A DNA stretch of 63,853 nucleotides, counting the filler, from Octopus bimaculoides (lineage: Eukaryota): assembly GCF_001194135.2 (NCBI RefSeq). It is 7 parts of 5 records of this genome, joined end to end, with 100 filler letters (N's around TTAATTAATTAA, not from the genome) between each part and the next. Parts side by side here need not be neighbours in the genome. Positions count along the whole stretch, not along the records: positions 10,850 to 19,265 come from NC_068981.1; positions 19,366 to 33,599 come from NC_068982.1; 5 more parts are not named here. The stretch is one strand, 5' to 3'. The first letter of the stretch is position 1. Each line of letters opens with the position of its first letter. A program made the translations under genes and the position numbers. Positions 13,148 through 26,639 of the stretch are shown here, in pieces. Below the pieces are notes generated by a model. The model did not search any database. It was not told the origin of the DNA and saw nothing but the letters and a program-made list of their open reading frames with translations.

Positions 13148-13216
13148 GCCATGATAAAACTCGAGTTTCAGATGCCGGGGCGGAAACCCACGCCGCCATC
13201 TCTTCAGTTATCTGGC
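13148..13216 (-). ncRNA. Type I hammerhead ribozyme-like motif
   Basis: Minus strand: GCCA-GAUAA / CUGAAGA / stem II GAUG-GCGG..CCGC..CAUC / extra U / GAAA / stem III CU-CG-AG / U16.1 U17 / UUAUC-a-UGGC. Stem I has 9 bp with one bulge; AACUCGAGUU is palindromic. Confidence 0.65.
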
Positions 13217-13299
13217 CACATATTTTTACAGATAAATTCCTCTATTTACATAATATCGAGGTCTCTTTCTTTCTTTTATTGTCCTTTCGTTCAATATAT

Positions 13300-13695
13300 A
13301 TAGGGCTGCCTGTGTGGTAAGAAGCTTGCTTCAAAACCACATGGTTCCGGGTTCAATCCCACTGCGTGGCACCTTGGGCAAGTGTCTTCTACTATAGACA
13401 CGGGCCGACCGAAGCCTTTTGAGTGGATTTGGTAGACGGAAAATAAAAGAAGTCCGTTGTATGTATATGTGTGTGTGTGTATTTGTTCCCCCACCCCACC
13501 ATCGCTTGACAACCGATGTTGGTGTGTTTATGTCACCGTAACTTGGCGGCTCGGCAAAAGAACCCTATATAATAAGTACTAAGCTTACAAATGATAAATT
13601 ATGGTGTCGATTTGTTCGATTAAAAGGCGGTGCTCCAGCATGGCAGCAGTTAAATGACTGAAAACAGTAAAATAATAAAACAGTAAAAGAATAAA
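13300..13695 (+). mobile_element. SINE A, full length
   Basis: tRNA-like head, CORE-like ggcaccttgggcaagtgtcttctactat, internal (TA/TG)n, tail ggcggtgctccagcatggcagcagttaaatgactg. Confidence 0.9.
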
Positions 13696-13802
13696 TTATA
13701 TACATCTAAATAGAAACCATACGACGGGTCATAGAAGACAATATCAAACAAAAAAAGGCACAAAGTCGGTTGTGAAGTGATGATGAAGGGGCAAGCACAT
13801 AA

Positions 13803-13836
<34 letters not shown>

Positions 13837-13870
13837 ACACACACACACACATACACACACATATACATAT

Positions 13871-13959
13871 AGGACGGCTTCTTTTCAGTTTCCGTCTACC
13901 AAATACACTCATATAGTTCTGGGTTCAGAACCGCATGGTTTGGGGTCGTATATATATAT

Positions 13960-13994
<35 letters not shown>

Positions 13995-14208
13995 TCCACC
14001 CCCACCCCACTGCCATCGCTTGACAACAGATGCTGTTGTGTTTATGTCCCCATAACTAGCGGCAAAAGAAACCGATAGAATAAGTACTAGGCTTAGAAAG
14101 AATAAGTCCTGTGGTTGATTTCTTCGACTAAAGGCGGTGCTCCAGCATGGCCGCAGTCAAATGACTGAAACAAGTAAAAATAAAAGAATAAAAGAATATA
14201 TGCATATA
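13871..14208. mobile_element. SINE A 5' half on minus strand (13871-13950) next to SINE A 3' half on plus strand (13990-14208)
   Basis: Both halves match family A in opposite orientations, separated by (TA)(TG)n. Confidence 0.75.
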
Positions 14209-14480
14209 TACATGCATATATGTACACATATATAGATGTATANNNNNNNNNNNNNNNNNNNNNNNNNNNNNNNNNNNNNNNNNNNNNNNNNNNNNNNNNN
14301 NNNNNNNNNNNNNNNNNNNNNNNNNNNNNNNNNNNNNNNNNNNNNNNNNNNNNNNNNNNNNNNNNNNNNNNNNNNNNNNNNNNNNNNNNNNNNNNNNNNN
14401 NNNNNNNNNNNNNNNNNNNNNNNNNNNNNNNNNNNNNNNNNNNNNNNNNNNNCATGTATATATGTGTACATATATGCATG

Positions 14481-14593
<113 letters not shown>

Positions 14594-14594
14594 G

Positions 14595-14940
14595 CATCTA
14601 TGGGTACAGGACGTCACAAAACGCAAACAGCATGAAATATGATAACAACATGAAATAGGAAGGCAAACATACGTATGCGAACAACGAGAGAAACAAATGG
14701 AAAACAAGACAAGCAATATACAGAACGACTCTTAATCAGTTGTCGGCTGTTCATCTACACATTTCGAGCAATTAACGACGATATAAGGCTTCAAAAAACA
14801 GTTGCTCCCGAAACCAAAATGAAATTTTGGATTTGCGGAGGCTCAAATTTGGTAACGAACCAGGACAGTGGAGACATGCAACAGATAAGAATTCGTTTGG
14901 TCTGTGCTACAGACTGAAGGAAAAGTAAGATGATCACGTG
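14595..14940 (-). mobile_element. Unclassified interspersed repeat, second copy at 54163-54600; possibly Penelope-related
   Basis: Shared blocks tgggtacagga(c/t)gtcac, atttcgagca..aacagttgctcccg, ggattt..ggag..caaa.ttggtaac..acaggacag. Confidence 0.55.
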
Positions 14941-15235
14941 AGGAAAAGATAGATGGACGATGTTCACGGGTGAGTAAAGAGAGAGAGTAAAGGAGGAAGC
15001 GGGAGAGAGAGAGAGAGAGAGAGAGAGGGAGAAAGATAGAAAACGGTGAAGGAGAGAAAAAGAATTAGAAAAAGGAAGAGAGAGAAAACGAAAGGGGGAG
15101 AGAGAGAACAGCACAGGGTAGAGTTGCCTCAAAATTATTGAGATAAACATACTAGGAAATAGATGCGTGGCGTTCAATTATGTAATAATATAAATAATGC
15201 ATGCATGCATATATACACACATACATACATACATA

Positions 15236-16325
15236 TCTTGAAGATGATCCGAGGTCTGAACATCCTGCAACTTCTAACACCAAAGAAAACATTGATCGTG
15301 TTCACCTCATAGTTATGGATGACAGGCGATTGACTATAAATCAAATAATCAATGTTATTAGCATATCTCGTGAGATAGTTCAGAATATTCTGCACAACAC
15401 ACTTGATATAATGAATGTTTCTGCATATTGGGTGCCACGTCTTTTGACACCTGATCAAAAGCGCACCAGGCTGATCACATCACAGAAAAGTCTGACATTA
15501 TTTGATCCAGCTAGTTTCCTTGATTGTTTCCTAAGCCAGGAATAAGTTTGGCTTCATCACTTTGAACCAGAGATAAAGAGATAATCGATGTATTGGATAC
15601 AGTCTTCCTCACCTGCTCCAAAGAAGGCCAATGTTGTTTCATCTGCAGGGAAGGTGATGGCCTCAGTTTTTTGGGATGCAAATGTATTGTGTTAATATTT
15701 ACTATCTTCAAAGAGGTCACACTATCAATGGAGAGTGCTATGCCAACTTGTTGAGGACGTTGTGAAAGGCTATTTAGACCAAACACCTGGGAAAAATTAC
15801 GAAAGGGATCTTGTTTCATCAAGTCTTTGGTTTTAAATTACGAAAGGGATCTTGTTTCATACAAGTCCTTGGTTTTAATGGCTGCTATGCCTGACAGTGG
15901 CTTTGAACTGGCTGATCAGCCTACGTATTCTTTTGACTTGGACCGACTGTCTATCATCTGTTCCCCAACATGACACAACACCTGGCTGGAAACGAGTATC
16001 GCAGTGATGATGACGTTCTTGATGACATTTTACAGCAACGTTACGAAGGCTTCTTCACAATGGCATCCGAGCACTGCAACATCGGTGGAAGAAGTTTGTG
16101 AACTGCAAGTGGGGACTATGTTGAAAAATAAATCTCATTCGATAATATTCCATGGTAGTAGGCGCAGGAGTGGTTGTGTGGTAAGTAGCTTGCTTACCAA
16201 CCACATGGTTCTGTGTTCAGTCCCACTGCGTGGCACCTTGGGCAAGTGTCTTCTACTATAGCCTCGGGCAGACCAAAGCCTTGTGAGTGGATTTGGTAGA
16301 CGGAAACTGAAAGAAGCCCCTCGTA

Positions 16326-16356
<31 letters not shown>

Positions 16357-16958
16357 GCGAGTAAAAATAAATACAAAAAGGGGGGGGGGTTGTATGATTG
16401 TGTATAGAGGAATATATTATTTTGTTTAAAAGAGTTCCAACACTGTCTGTTTTTTATGTTTTATTTATATTCCTGCAGAATCAATGTGGGATATAGAATA
16501 TGGAATATACAATATATAATATAANNNNNNNNNNNNNNNNNNNNNNNNNNNNNNNNNNNNNNNNNNNNNNNNNNNNNNNNNNNNNNNNNNNNNNNNNNNN
16601 NNNNNNNNNNNNNNNNNNNNNNNNNNNNNNNNNNNNNNNNNNNNNNNNNNNNNNNNNNNNNNNNNNNNNNNNNNNNNNNNNNNNNTATATATATATATAT
16701 ATATATATATGTGGGTGTGTGTGTCTGTGTTTGTCTCCCCAGCATCGCTTGTAAACCGATGCTGATGTGTTTACGTCCCCGTAACTTAGCGGTTCAGCAA
16801 AAAGAGACCGATAGAATAAGTACTTGGCTTACAAAGAATAAGTCCTGGCGTCGATTTTCTCGACTAAAGGCGGTGCTCCAGTATGGCCGCAGTCAAATAA
16901 CTGAAACAAGTAAAGGAGTATCCTGGTCAGCCTATGAACTATCGATCTAACCCTTGTA
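15236..16958 (+). mobile_element. Decayed mariner (DD34D-type) transposon interrupted by SINE A
   Basis: DDPRSEHP, WVPRLLTPDQK, WLHHFEPE, SAGKVMASVFWDA. The right TIR-like end (ggtcagcctatgaact...cccttg-ta) resumes at 16921-16958 after the SINE. Confidence 0.85.
16161..16920 (+). mobile_element. SINE A inserted into the mariner 3' end; internal microsatellite contains extra sequence and a gap
   Basis: Head ggcgcaggagtggttgtgtggtaag; tail gcagtcaaataactgaaacaag; agta at both junctions (16157-16160, 16917-16920). Confidence 0.85.
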
Positions 16959-17405
16959 CACATATTATTGTGTGGTAACATATGCATACACGTTTATTTA
17001 TGGCTGAACTCGCACCCACACAACAAACTTTTTTCTCCCGATTAAATCAATTTATATCATTCAATATTATAGGGATAGTGGGAGTTCATGAAACTGAAAG
17101 ATAGATAGCAATAAAAAGAGTTAGAGTTAGAGTAAGAGAACTAGACAGGAATAGAAAGAGGGATAAAAAGAAATAATCAGCAATGTTAACAGAGAGACCC
17201 AGAAAGATAGCAAGTGAAACTCGTCATTACATGATTTTCACTGAAGGGTAACGAAACATTTTGCAATAGTTTAACACTGTGTTTCAGCATTGTCGTGTAA
17301 GTGGAAAAAATCTGGTAGCGATGATGATAGCAAAATATAAAGAAAGAGCGACAGAAGTCAGAAATACACTCGTAAGAGTTTTTCTCAATCATATATACAC
17401 ACAAG

Positions 17406-17990
17406 ATGACCGAGCGCATTGAGCAAAGGTACTGTATCAAATTCTGTCAAAAACTTGGTGATACGCAAGCCCAGACTATCGAGAAGATTCAGAAGGCCTT
17501 TGGAGATGATGCTATGGGAAAAACACAAATAAAGAAGTGGTACAATTGGTTCAAAGACAGTCACACCTCAATGGACAGTGAGCCATGTTGTGGACGGACA
17601 ATTAATAAAGAATATTACCTGAGGGTTCTTCGTCGCCTTCGGGAAGCTGTGAGGCGAAAACGACCCGACTTATGGGCAGCAAAGAACTGGAAACTCCACC
17701 ATGACAATGCACCCGCTTATTTCGCCCACGTTATTCAATAATTCCACATAAAGCAAAACACACTAATTGTTCGTCAGTTTTTTTACTCTCCAGATTTGAC
17801 TCTGTGTGACTTTTGGCTACTTCCAAAGCTAAAAAGGAAAACATTGAAATGAAGAAGATTTGAGTCAACAGAGGACATTTAACAAATTCGACGGCACAGA
17901 TCTACAGCATCCCAAAAAGTGATTTCTAGAGATGTTTCCAGCAGTGGCAGGAACGCTGGCAGAAGTGTGTAGACTCCTATAGGCGAATCC
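17406..17990 (+). mobile_element. Internally deleted mariner transposase
   Basis: MTERIEQRYCIKFC HTH start fused to TINKEYY..LHHDNAPA, then YSPDLTLCDFWLLPKLK. Confidence 0.88.
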
Positions 17991-18009
17991 TTTGGAGAAG
18001 ACTAAATCA

Positions 18010-18347
18010 AAAGTTCTTCTCACTCAACTCATGTGGTACCCAAACATCGTAGCGATTTCTGTACCCAAGCTTTACCAGGTGCTCATGAACAACGGATTTT
18101 GATAGGTTGAGGCTTTCGGCCAATTCTTGGTCATCATCTGTAGTGCATGGTCTGTCTGATCACTCTTTATCAATAAGGCTACAGTCTCTAGCTCAGAAAC
18201 TTGCGAATCACTTCCGTAAAGTTCTTTCGGATAAAAAAAAACATCACCGTAAACTGCGCATATTTCTTTGGTTGCTTGTGAGGCATTTTTCCCTTTAAGG
18301 AAAAGTAAGAGCATCAAGTGCCGAAAATGAACTTTCTTATCTTCCAT
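18010..18347 (-). mobile_element. Mariner transposase N-terminal fragment (Mos1-like HTH)
   Basis: MEDKKVHFRHLM..KGKNASQATKEICAVYGD; WVPHELSE in another frame. Confidence 0.85.
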
Positions 18348-19143
18348 TTTAAAGGGTTACAGAATTAACACAGATTATAGGAACATAAACCTTCTTCCAT
18401 GAAAAGATAGCTTAAACTGTGTGTTTGCGTGTATTTATGTGTGTATGATTGTCTTTCACCGTTTGTCATATTCTCACTCTCCGCTATCATCTTTTCCTTT
18501 TCTAAGCCTTATCCATCTCAGTTATTTTTGACCTTGGTTCCTCGTTTTTCTTTTCACTTCCCATTCCTGTTTGTTTCAGATTTTAAAATTTAGTTCCAGC
18601 TCATAGTTTGCCTAAGTTTGTCTTACTTTCCTACATATATTTTACCAAGTCCGAAAGGAGAATATTCTTTCATAATAGCGTCACTTTTCCCATATGTCTC
18701 AATTCTTTCGTATAGCCGAAAGGTTTTTTATGCAAAGAAATATCTGTGTTGTTTATCATATACTGATTTTTTTCGTTACTGTCCTTGGTTTTTTCCTTTT
18801 ATATGTTCTCCCGCTCTCATCATAACTAGTCCTTTATACCATTTGCTCAAGAGACCACGACTTGTTACTAAATTTATTTATTTTGTGTACATGTCTTATT
18901 TTATCTTGATTATGCTCGTCTTTCATGCTCACTACTTGAAACCCAAACAGTTTTTGTTGTTGACACCGCCGAATAGAAGACTAATATCAATAAGGCATCA
19001 AAATTCTGATGATTTCTAATCGATATCTGATAGAGAATGAGAGTGTCCACTAACGATTTTGTATTTTCTTTCATGTTCCTACATATCTCTTTGTCATACC
19101 AATGTGCCGCACTCACTATTACACACACACATATGCATATATC

Positions 19144-19193
<50 letters not shown>

Positions 19194-19365
19194 ATGTGTG
19201 TGTGTGTGTGTGCGTGTGTGTGTGTCTGTGTGTATGTATATATATATACATACATACATATATATNNNNNNNNNNNNNNNNNNNNNNNNNNNNNNNNNNN
19301 NNNNNNNNNTTAATTAATTAANNNNNNNNNNNNNNNNNNNNNNNNNNNNNNNNNNNNNNNNNNNN

Positions 19366-19900
19366 ACATTGCTATCGCTAGTGATCACTTCAAACACCAT
19401 GATGCTGACTTGATGTTTGGTTTTTATCCCTCCCGGTGCATCTTTGGGGACACGGCACGCCAACTGTTTTTCTGTGTGTTCGCCATCTGATCCTGGTAGA
19501 AATTTTTCTCGTCTGAGGAAAACTAAAGCGTGTCCAGTTGGAGAGGATGCTTGAGTTTGTTCAAAAGCTTCGTAGCGCGGTCTTTCCTCTTGTCTTAAAT
19601 GGTTTGGGATAAAAATTGACCCTATCTCATCTTGTATGAAGAATACCGAATGTCTTCATGCACTACCTGTCCGTTAAGAAACTCAGACACTCCCACATCC
19701 CTGGCAAAGGCCCTAACTAACTTGGAGGGATCGTTGTCAATCATAGCCTGGATTTCAGCAACAAATTCGGGAGTTCTTTTCTTATCAGAACGATCACAGG
19801 GATTTTTCCGTGTTGCCGTACCTTCGTAATCACCATCCAACTCTTTCCGAATCCTCTGCACTGTTCTCAGATTGACTCCTAAACATGAATGAATTTACAC
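19366..19900 (-). mobile_element. Tc1/mariner-superfamily (maT/DD37D-like) transposase, N-terminal part
   Basis: RTVQRIRKEL, KKRTPEFVAEIQAMIDNDPSK, FSSDEKNF, KTKHQVSIMVF; cut off by a gap. Confidence 0.8.
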
Positions 19901-20186
19901 ATTGCCATCTCGACTAAGACTGATATGGAGTTACACTACAAAATTATACGCTATTTGTAATATATCTGGATTCCGCGCTATGCAAATCAAAATTGTTGAT
20001 ATAATTCAAGTAAATTCCTCATTCGATTGATTAGGTTATAACATCTATAAGAACCAGTGAGGATGCTCTTTAGACAGTCACTGCCCCTGATGATTATGGC
20101 AGCGAATTCTCAATCATGTCATATTCTACCATACTTTGAAAATAAGAAGTATCATTATGATGATGGTTAAAAACAGGGAAAATATG

Positions 20187-20415
20187 CTTCTCGAGTCATA
20201 CCGACCCACAAGGGCCGGTTTTCCGGTTTCTATGGCGTATATATTCCCTACCTGGACGGGACACCGGTCCATCGTAGGATTACTCATTTTTGCCAGCAGA
20301 GGTTACTGGAGTAATATGAAATGAAGTGTTTTACAACGTGTAGCCCGGTACAGACATCGAAATCACAATCTTACTGTCATGAGTCCGACATCCAAACCAC
20401 GAAGCCACGAGCCCC
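20187..20415 (-). mobile_element. tRNA-headed SINE with V-domain-like core (family D)
   Basis: Minus strand: degenerate tRNA head, then aatcctacgatggaccggtgtcccgtccagg...agaaaccgg, resembling the V-SINE central domain as I recall it. Confidence 0.6.
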
Positions 20416-21658
20416 TACTATGATGATGGAGTTCTTGCTATACAGAGTGTTCTGAAAATATAATGGTCATAGAGGAAAATCATACCAATACCAGTTCTGC
20501 CTCATCACAAAGACATCGGTGACAGCCAACACCGGAACATTGCAAGTACTAGAACATGTGGATTGATTAGCTCTATATAAATAATACCCAGAGAATGTAA
20601 CGAGATCAATGTGTACCAAGAATAAATAATATTTTTAATAAGTTCACAAACTGAGATAAAATTATTTTCGCTAATATTAATCTTACATTAGAACTATTCC
20701 ACTTAATATCCATCAATCAATTAATGTATCTACTTACTCTCTATCTATCTATATTTCTTTTAGTCTTTCTTTCTTCCTTCCTTCTTTCCTTTCTCTCTTT
20801 CTCTCTCTCTCTCTCTCTTTGTCTATCTGTATTTAGCTATCACATGTGTCGGTTTCTCTGACTGTCACATTTTCTTTCTGTCTTCATATCTATAAAGCTA
20901 TATTTCTTAAAATGAAAACCTACTTATTAGAAGACAGAAATAAAATTCCAACCTCTTGACGAACTATTCTGGAAATAAAAGCGAAATCATATGATATTGC
21001 CTTAAGGAAAAAAACATGTTGTAGAAGGCAATACTAGATGCTCCATATCCAGAAGATTAAAAAAAAAACAAACAAAAAAAAAACAGATGTTCATGGGTAT
21101 AATGTTTCTAAAAATAAGTCTGCAATATGATGACTTACCTGTGACAAGCATAAATAACAACAAAAAATATCATTTACATACATATATACATACATGTAGT
21201 ATACACATACACAAACGCAGAAAATATATTGGAATGAAACACAAAAATGTAATCCAATAACTGAGCGATGAATACAATTTAACATACACAGAATTTAGAT
21301 ACGAGCTAGTATTAGTTTCTTGCCTTAGAAACACAATAAATCAGCAGATTTATATATCATACCTTGTGCTTTAAATCAATCATTTCGGCTCAAATACGCA
21401 GCAGCATGTCTGATGCTTTCTCATTTTTTTCAAATAAGGCCAGCCATGTTATGTATTTGAGCCTGAATGATTGCTTGGACAAGCAATAACTATTATATAA
21501 TCTACCGACTTATTGTGTTTCAATAGCGTTAAGATGATAACAGCTCAAACTTAAATACTGTGTATATTAGATAATATGCGTGTGTATGTTTGTGTGTTCA
21601 CACGCATATATATTATACATAACTCCCCCCCCCACACACACACACACACTCGCACGCA

Positions 21659-22737
21659 CGAGGGTAAGTCAAAAATTATACGCTTACACGAACTGCTCTT
21701 CCTGTAAGTTATTAATACAAAAGTTGGGGCTGAACAATTAAATAATTTTCCGAAGGTTTCGGCTGGTCGCACAGCCTTCCTGTTCTTCATCTGTAGCAAA
21801 TCGACGACTTAGTAATGGATGTTTGAGGGGTCTGAAGAGAAGATAATCGGAAAAGGGTGAGATCTGAATTGCATGCAGAGTGTTTTAGCAACAACAAACT
21901 CAATTTTTCAATTGTTTCAATGGTGTGGGCATCTGTATGTGGAAGTGCATTGCCGTGCAACAATAGCACTTGCTTTGAAAATAGACCTTAGCTTTTTGTA
22001 CAAATTTCTGGTTTCGGTTTGTCGGCCTATATTTCACTCTTGCCTACAATGGTGAGTGTTAGCCCACTTTTCAGGTAATGCTTCAGTAGAAGCTCTTTTG
22101 AATCCACCATACTTTGCCCCGTGGAATCTGGCTCAAAGTGATGGACACAGATCTTTTCTTCTGTGACTTGTCTCTCCAAAGTCTTCGTTTTCATCGTTGT
22201 AGTCGTCGAGTAAGCTTTGACAGATCACCACACGATTAGGCTTATATGCTTCGGTAATTCTCTTGAAATCCATCTCGCAAAGGCATTGGGGTAGCGACTA
22301 ATTTGCAGAGGACAAGCCACCTCATCGTGTATCACTCATCGGTTGGCCAGAGTCATCACACAGGCGTTTTGAATCTTCACGTCAGTGATGGAGATTCATG
22401 GGAGTCCTGCACCCTTTTTGTGCTTCACATTTGTCCCACCCTTTTAAACTTATCTATGTACTCGTACAGCACTGTCACCGCTTTAGACTGAAAGCCCGCC
22501 ATGAATCTCAGCTTCTTACAGTCACATAAGAAAATCTGGATAAGGGATCTTTGTTCTTCCTTGGTGTACATTCCTAGCGGAATGTACACTGTAATACAAG
22601 AAATAAAACTGTAGCGATCAAGCTCAAACCGTGTTTATATAACTCAAGAAAATCCCTTTTTAGCACGTGAGTGCTAACAACAATGCAGCTGGCCTAAAGA
22701 TTTGGTGACGGAGTGGATAAGATTTCACTTACCCTCG
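21659..22737 (-). mobile_element. Near full-length decayed mariner with both TIRs
   Basis: TIRs cgagggtaagtcaaaaattatacgc (21659-21683) and gtggataagatttcacttaccctcg (22713-22737) followed by TA. Remnants MYTKEEQRSLI, VHHFEPDS, LLLHGNALPH. Confidence 0.85.
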
Positions 22738-22813
22738 TATAGACATGTATATATAAACATTCATTTAGGTATACATACATATATGAAAATGTATACACAT
22801 TCTTTATTATATT

Positions 22814-22855
<42 letters not shown>

Positions 22856-22887
22856 CGTGTGTGTGTGTTGCAGGGTGTACACCCACA

Positions 22888-22936
<49 letters not shown>

Positions 22937-23167
22937 GACACTGTGGAACTTGACTTATTTTGACTTGTATTACTAGCAATGCTCGTGCTACTTAGTACCC
23001 TCTATCACTCTAGTGACGTCTATATATTTGCTTTTAGGTTGTTAAATTGCTAATAAGCCACCTATATCGTTTTCACTTTTGCCGTTGTTGAAATCGGCGT
23101 ATGCTTTCAACAGATTTCTCATAAGCTGAGAAGGTGAGTGTATTCTTTGTGCTTGTGTTTGTTACCT

Positions 23168-23280
23168 CAGCTTGACAACCGATGTTCATTCATTTCTCTC
23201 GCTATAGCCTAGCGGTTCGGCAAAAGGACCAGTAGAATAAGAGCAATTCAATGACTGATAAAACTAAAATCTAAAAGATA
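23168..23280 (+). mobile_element. Decayed SINE A 3' half
   Basis: gcttgacaaccgatg, tagcggttcggcaaaag, agaataag, caatgactg. Confidence 0.6.
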
Positions 23281-25915
23281 GAAGATATATTATGCAAACG
23301 TCTTCCTGAGGCACTCTCTTGAGATAGCTATGGAAATATAATTATAAGAACTAGCGAGGAGAGTCCTTTCAACGCCTTCTGCTATCGCCTAGGTGTCGCA
23401 GTCGAATTCTTCTTGTGTCACTCTCCCTCCTCTCTTAAAAATAGAATATTATTTGAAAAAATATTCGTAGATCGACAATGTCATATATACAAGCAGATTG
23501 GTTACGGTTGAAATTACGTCGGTATTAAGTATGCTCAATTATGCAGGCCAGTTCTTTAGAATGACTTTCACCCTTGAAGAGTTCATGTGGGTCGCCTTTC
23601 GACCTGCTGCCAAAGTTTTCCCACATCTCAACATAACGTCTTAATATAGAAATATTCGGGTGGTGTAATCCTTCATATGTAAAAATGGGATAGTTCTTGT
23701 TGAAATGCCTTTTATAATGGTATATTAATTATAACCTCTACCGTACAAATAACAAGAGCATTTTGATTGAAATGTAATATATATTTATGACCTCAGCAGC
23801 TAGTCGAGGTTAATGTATATCAAGAAGAAATTTAATCTAGGGCAATAAATTTTTGACAGTTTCAGAAAACGGAAATAGAATTTTTCGAGTGAACTTAACC
23901 TTCCCTTATCGAACAACTTAACCTTCTCCTATCGCATTAGCTCGTTACATTTTTAATCAATTAGGAATGTAAATGTGGCAACGCATTTGCACATTTTTCA
24001 ATTTCGCCTTTGTTATTATTTCCTTCTTATTTTGTGGCTAACGTTTAATCGTCGACTTTGCTTTTGTTTACTTCATATAGGCATTGATTAACAATTTATA
24101 CTGCTCCTTGTGTATTCTTGAATAATGAAATTTATCGTTCTCACCATATTATGTGTGTCATCATTTATTTCGCAATAATATATGGGGTTATCTATATAGA
24201 ATCTATATAGAACAATTCACTAAAATAATTATATCAATATAGGAGGTAATTTTGTAGGAAAATAAATCTACAAATTAATGAATGTAAAAATAAATTGAAA
24301 TATTAGACTGCAGAATTGAATTTCATTCAAAATTGCAATTTAAATAATTTATTTTTATATTTAATTTTAACGACATACAGTTGATATAGTGATCATCGAA
24401 AATTCAACTATCAAGAAACATTATGTACTGAGCTGAATGCACGCTTTGTCCTGAATAACTTAGTCAGAGGAGTAGAGTAAAAACCACGTCCTTTATCAAT
24501 GACACTGTGACCAGCTCACTGGAAGATAAGTTATCATCGCAATGGAAATATTCTTGGAATACAGGTCGAGTTACATTAGTTGATGTTGTTCTGCTCTGGA
24601 TTAGCCTATGGTTAAACAGCATCATGATACAAGGTGCTACAGTTGTAAACAGTGTTCCAGTTTTAGTTTAACTCTAAAAATATATAATTTGTTCTTTCCT
24701 CAGAAATTAGGTTGGGATCAAGTTTTTTCAATTATTGTTTATAACACATTGACTAAGCAAAGGGGTCCCTCTTGAAAGCAGATTTATAATGTTTCATATG
24801 TAGCCAAGCAGGAAATTTGATCGAATTCACCGACGCAAAGGAAAAACAAATTTTATGAAAAGGGAGGAAAGTTAAGTAATTAAAAAATATATTTGTAAGT
24901 TTTTCATATTAAGAATAAGAATAATGTCACATCTAATGTTGATCTTCTTTCTAATAGAAAGTTCATTCACAATCGTAAACAGGGAAATATTGCCTGCTGT
25001 TGACCAGCGTCAATAACTTACAAAAGTTTTTTTCATAGACGTGGAGATGAAAGAAAAGTACTGAGGTTGTACCTCAGACAAACAGGAGATGTAATTTTCC
25101 TTAAGTAATTAGCGTTGATGTCGATGATCTAACTACAGGAATTTTCTAATTGCGCATACCTTTGAATGCAGATCACTTAACAATAACAATAACAGATCAC
25201 TTAACAATGACTTAACAGTAACCGCAGTATACATTCTTGTATGAAAAAAAGCTATATCATCGAATATACATTTCTCTATTGGAGACGTTGGGTGTATCTT
25301 GAGTGACTGATTACTACATTTGGGTTAAGCTGAACGATCCCACAAATTTTTTCGCTGAATTTGTTGAAGCATACTTAAAAGTGTTTGTAAATGAGCATTT
25401 ATTAACGTACACATAAAAACATATACACAACGCATACAGAAATATGCCCATATATACACTCACGCAGACGCACGCACGTACACATATATACAGATAGATA
25501 GATATAGACAATATATACATTCATAGACACGCACATACATAAACATATATATTTATCGTGTATATGTGTGCGTGTATATATATATGTATATATATATATA
25601 TACATATGCAAATAATTAGNNNNNNNNNNATATATATATATATACATATGCAAATAATTAGAAAATGGCGAAAAACAAAGATTAACCAGTACAACGATAT
25701 AGGACCACGTTTAAAACTTGTTTATTGACATAAAGCAAGACATTTGCATTGGTTCCTCATTAACTTTTGTTTATCCTATTGTTACCTATGCTCGACGTAT
25801 ATGGTGTCCCTGCACACCATTGCCCGAGGATAACACAGGTAACGGAAACTGATAGTATATACGGATATTTTTTCCCCTTCGTCAGTTACTACAACCGCTA
25901 CTCTCTGTGTCTCTC

Positions 25916-25959
<44 letters not shown>

Positions 25960-26639
25960 NNNNNNNNNNNNNNNNNNNNNNNNNNNNNNNNTACGGTAAT
26001 GTATATAGATTTATCTAATAAAAACTTATCGAAATATTTCTTTATGAAAACTATTTTCAACGCATACCTATAAATATTAAAGGACGTGATTTGACAGGTG
26101 AAGTTAATTTCTTATTCCTTTAAATGATTAGCCTAATGTTTGTTACATTTCTGTCTGAAAAGCTTATCAGATTTGGAATGAACTGATTTCATGAAGTCAA
26201 ATGCAATATTTCTTGATTAAAATACTCCTAAAATGGAGAAAAAGTTTAAAATCTGTATGTGACATACGATGATGAAAATATATGGCTAATTAAATTATCA
26301 ATAGGATTTTACTACTTCTCAAAAATAAAGTATGCACAATTATGTATGCATTGCATATATATGAATGATTGTTTTTGCAGTTATGTCACGAGTGCTATTG
26401 ATAAAATGTAATCCAGTGCAGTGTGTTTGCATGATTAGCGCACCGGCTTGGTGAGGCCAAGACTCTTGGCTGTCCATCGCGATAAGTAACAAAAATTCTC
26501 AAAGAGCGGATGAACCGAGGACAGAGTAAATACATATGAACGTGTGTATACATACATACTCACATACATGCATATATACATACATACATACATACATACA
26601 TATGTATAAATATATGCATATGTATGTGTATGTAGAAAT

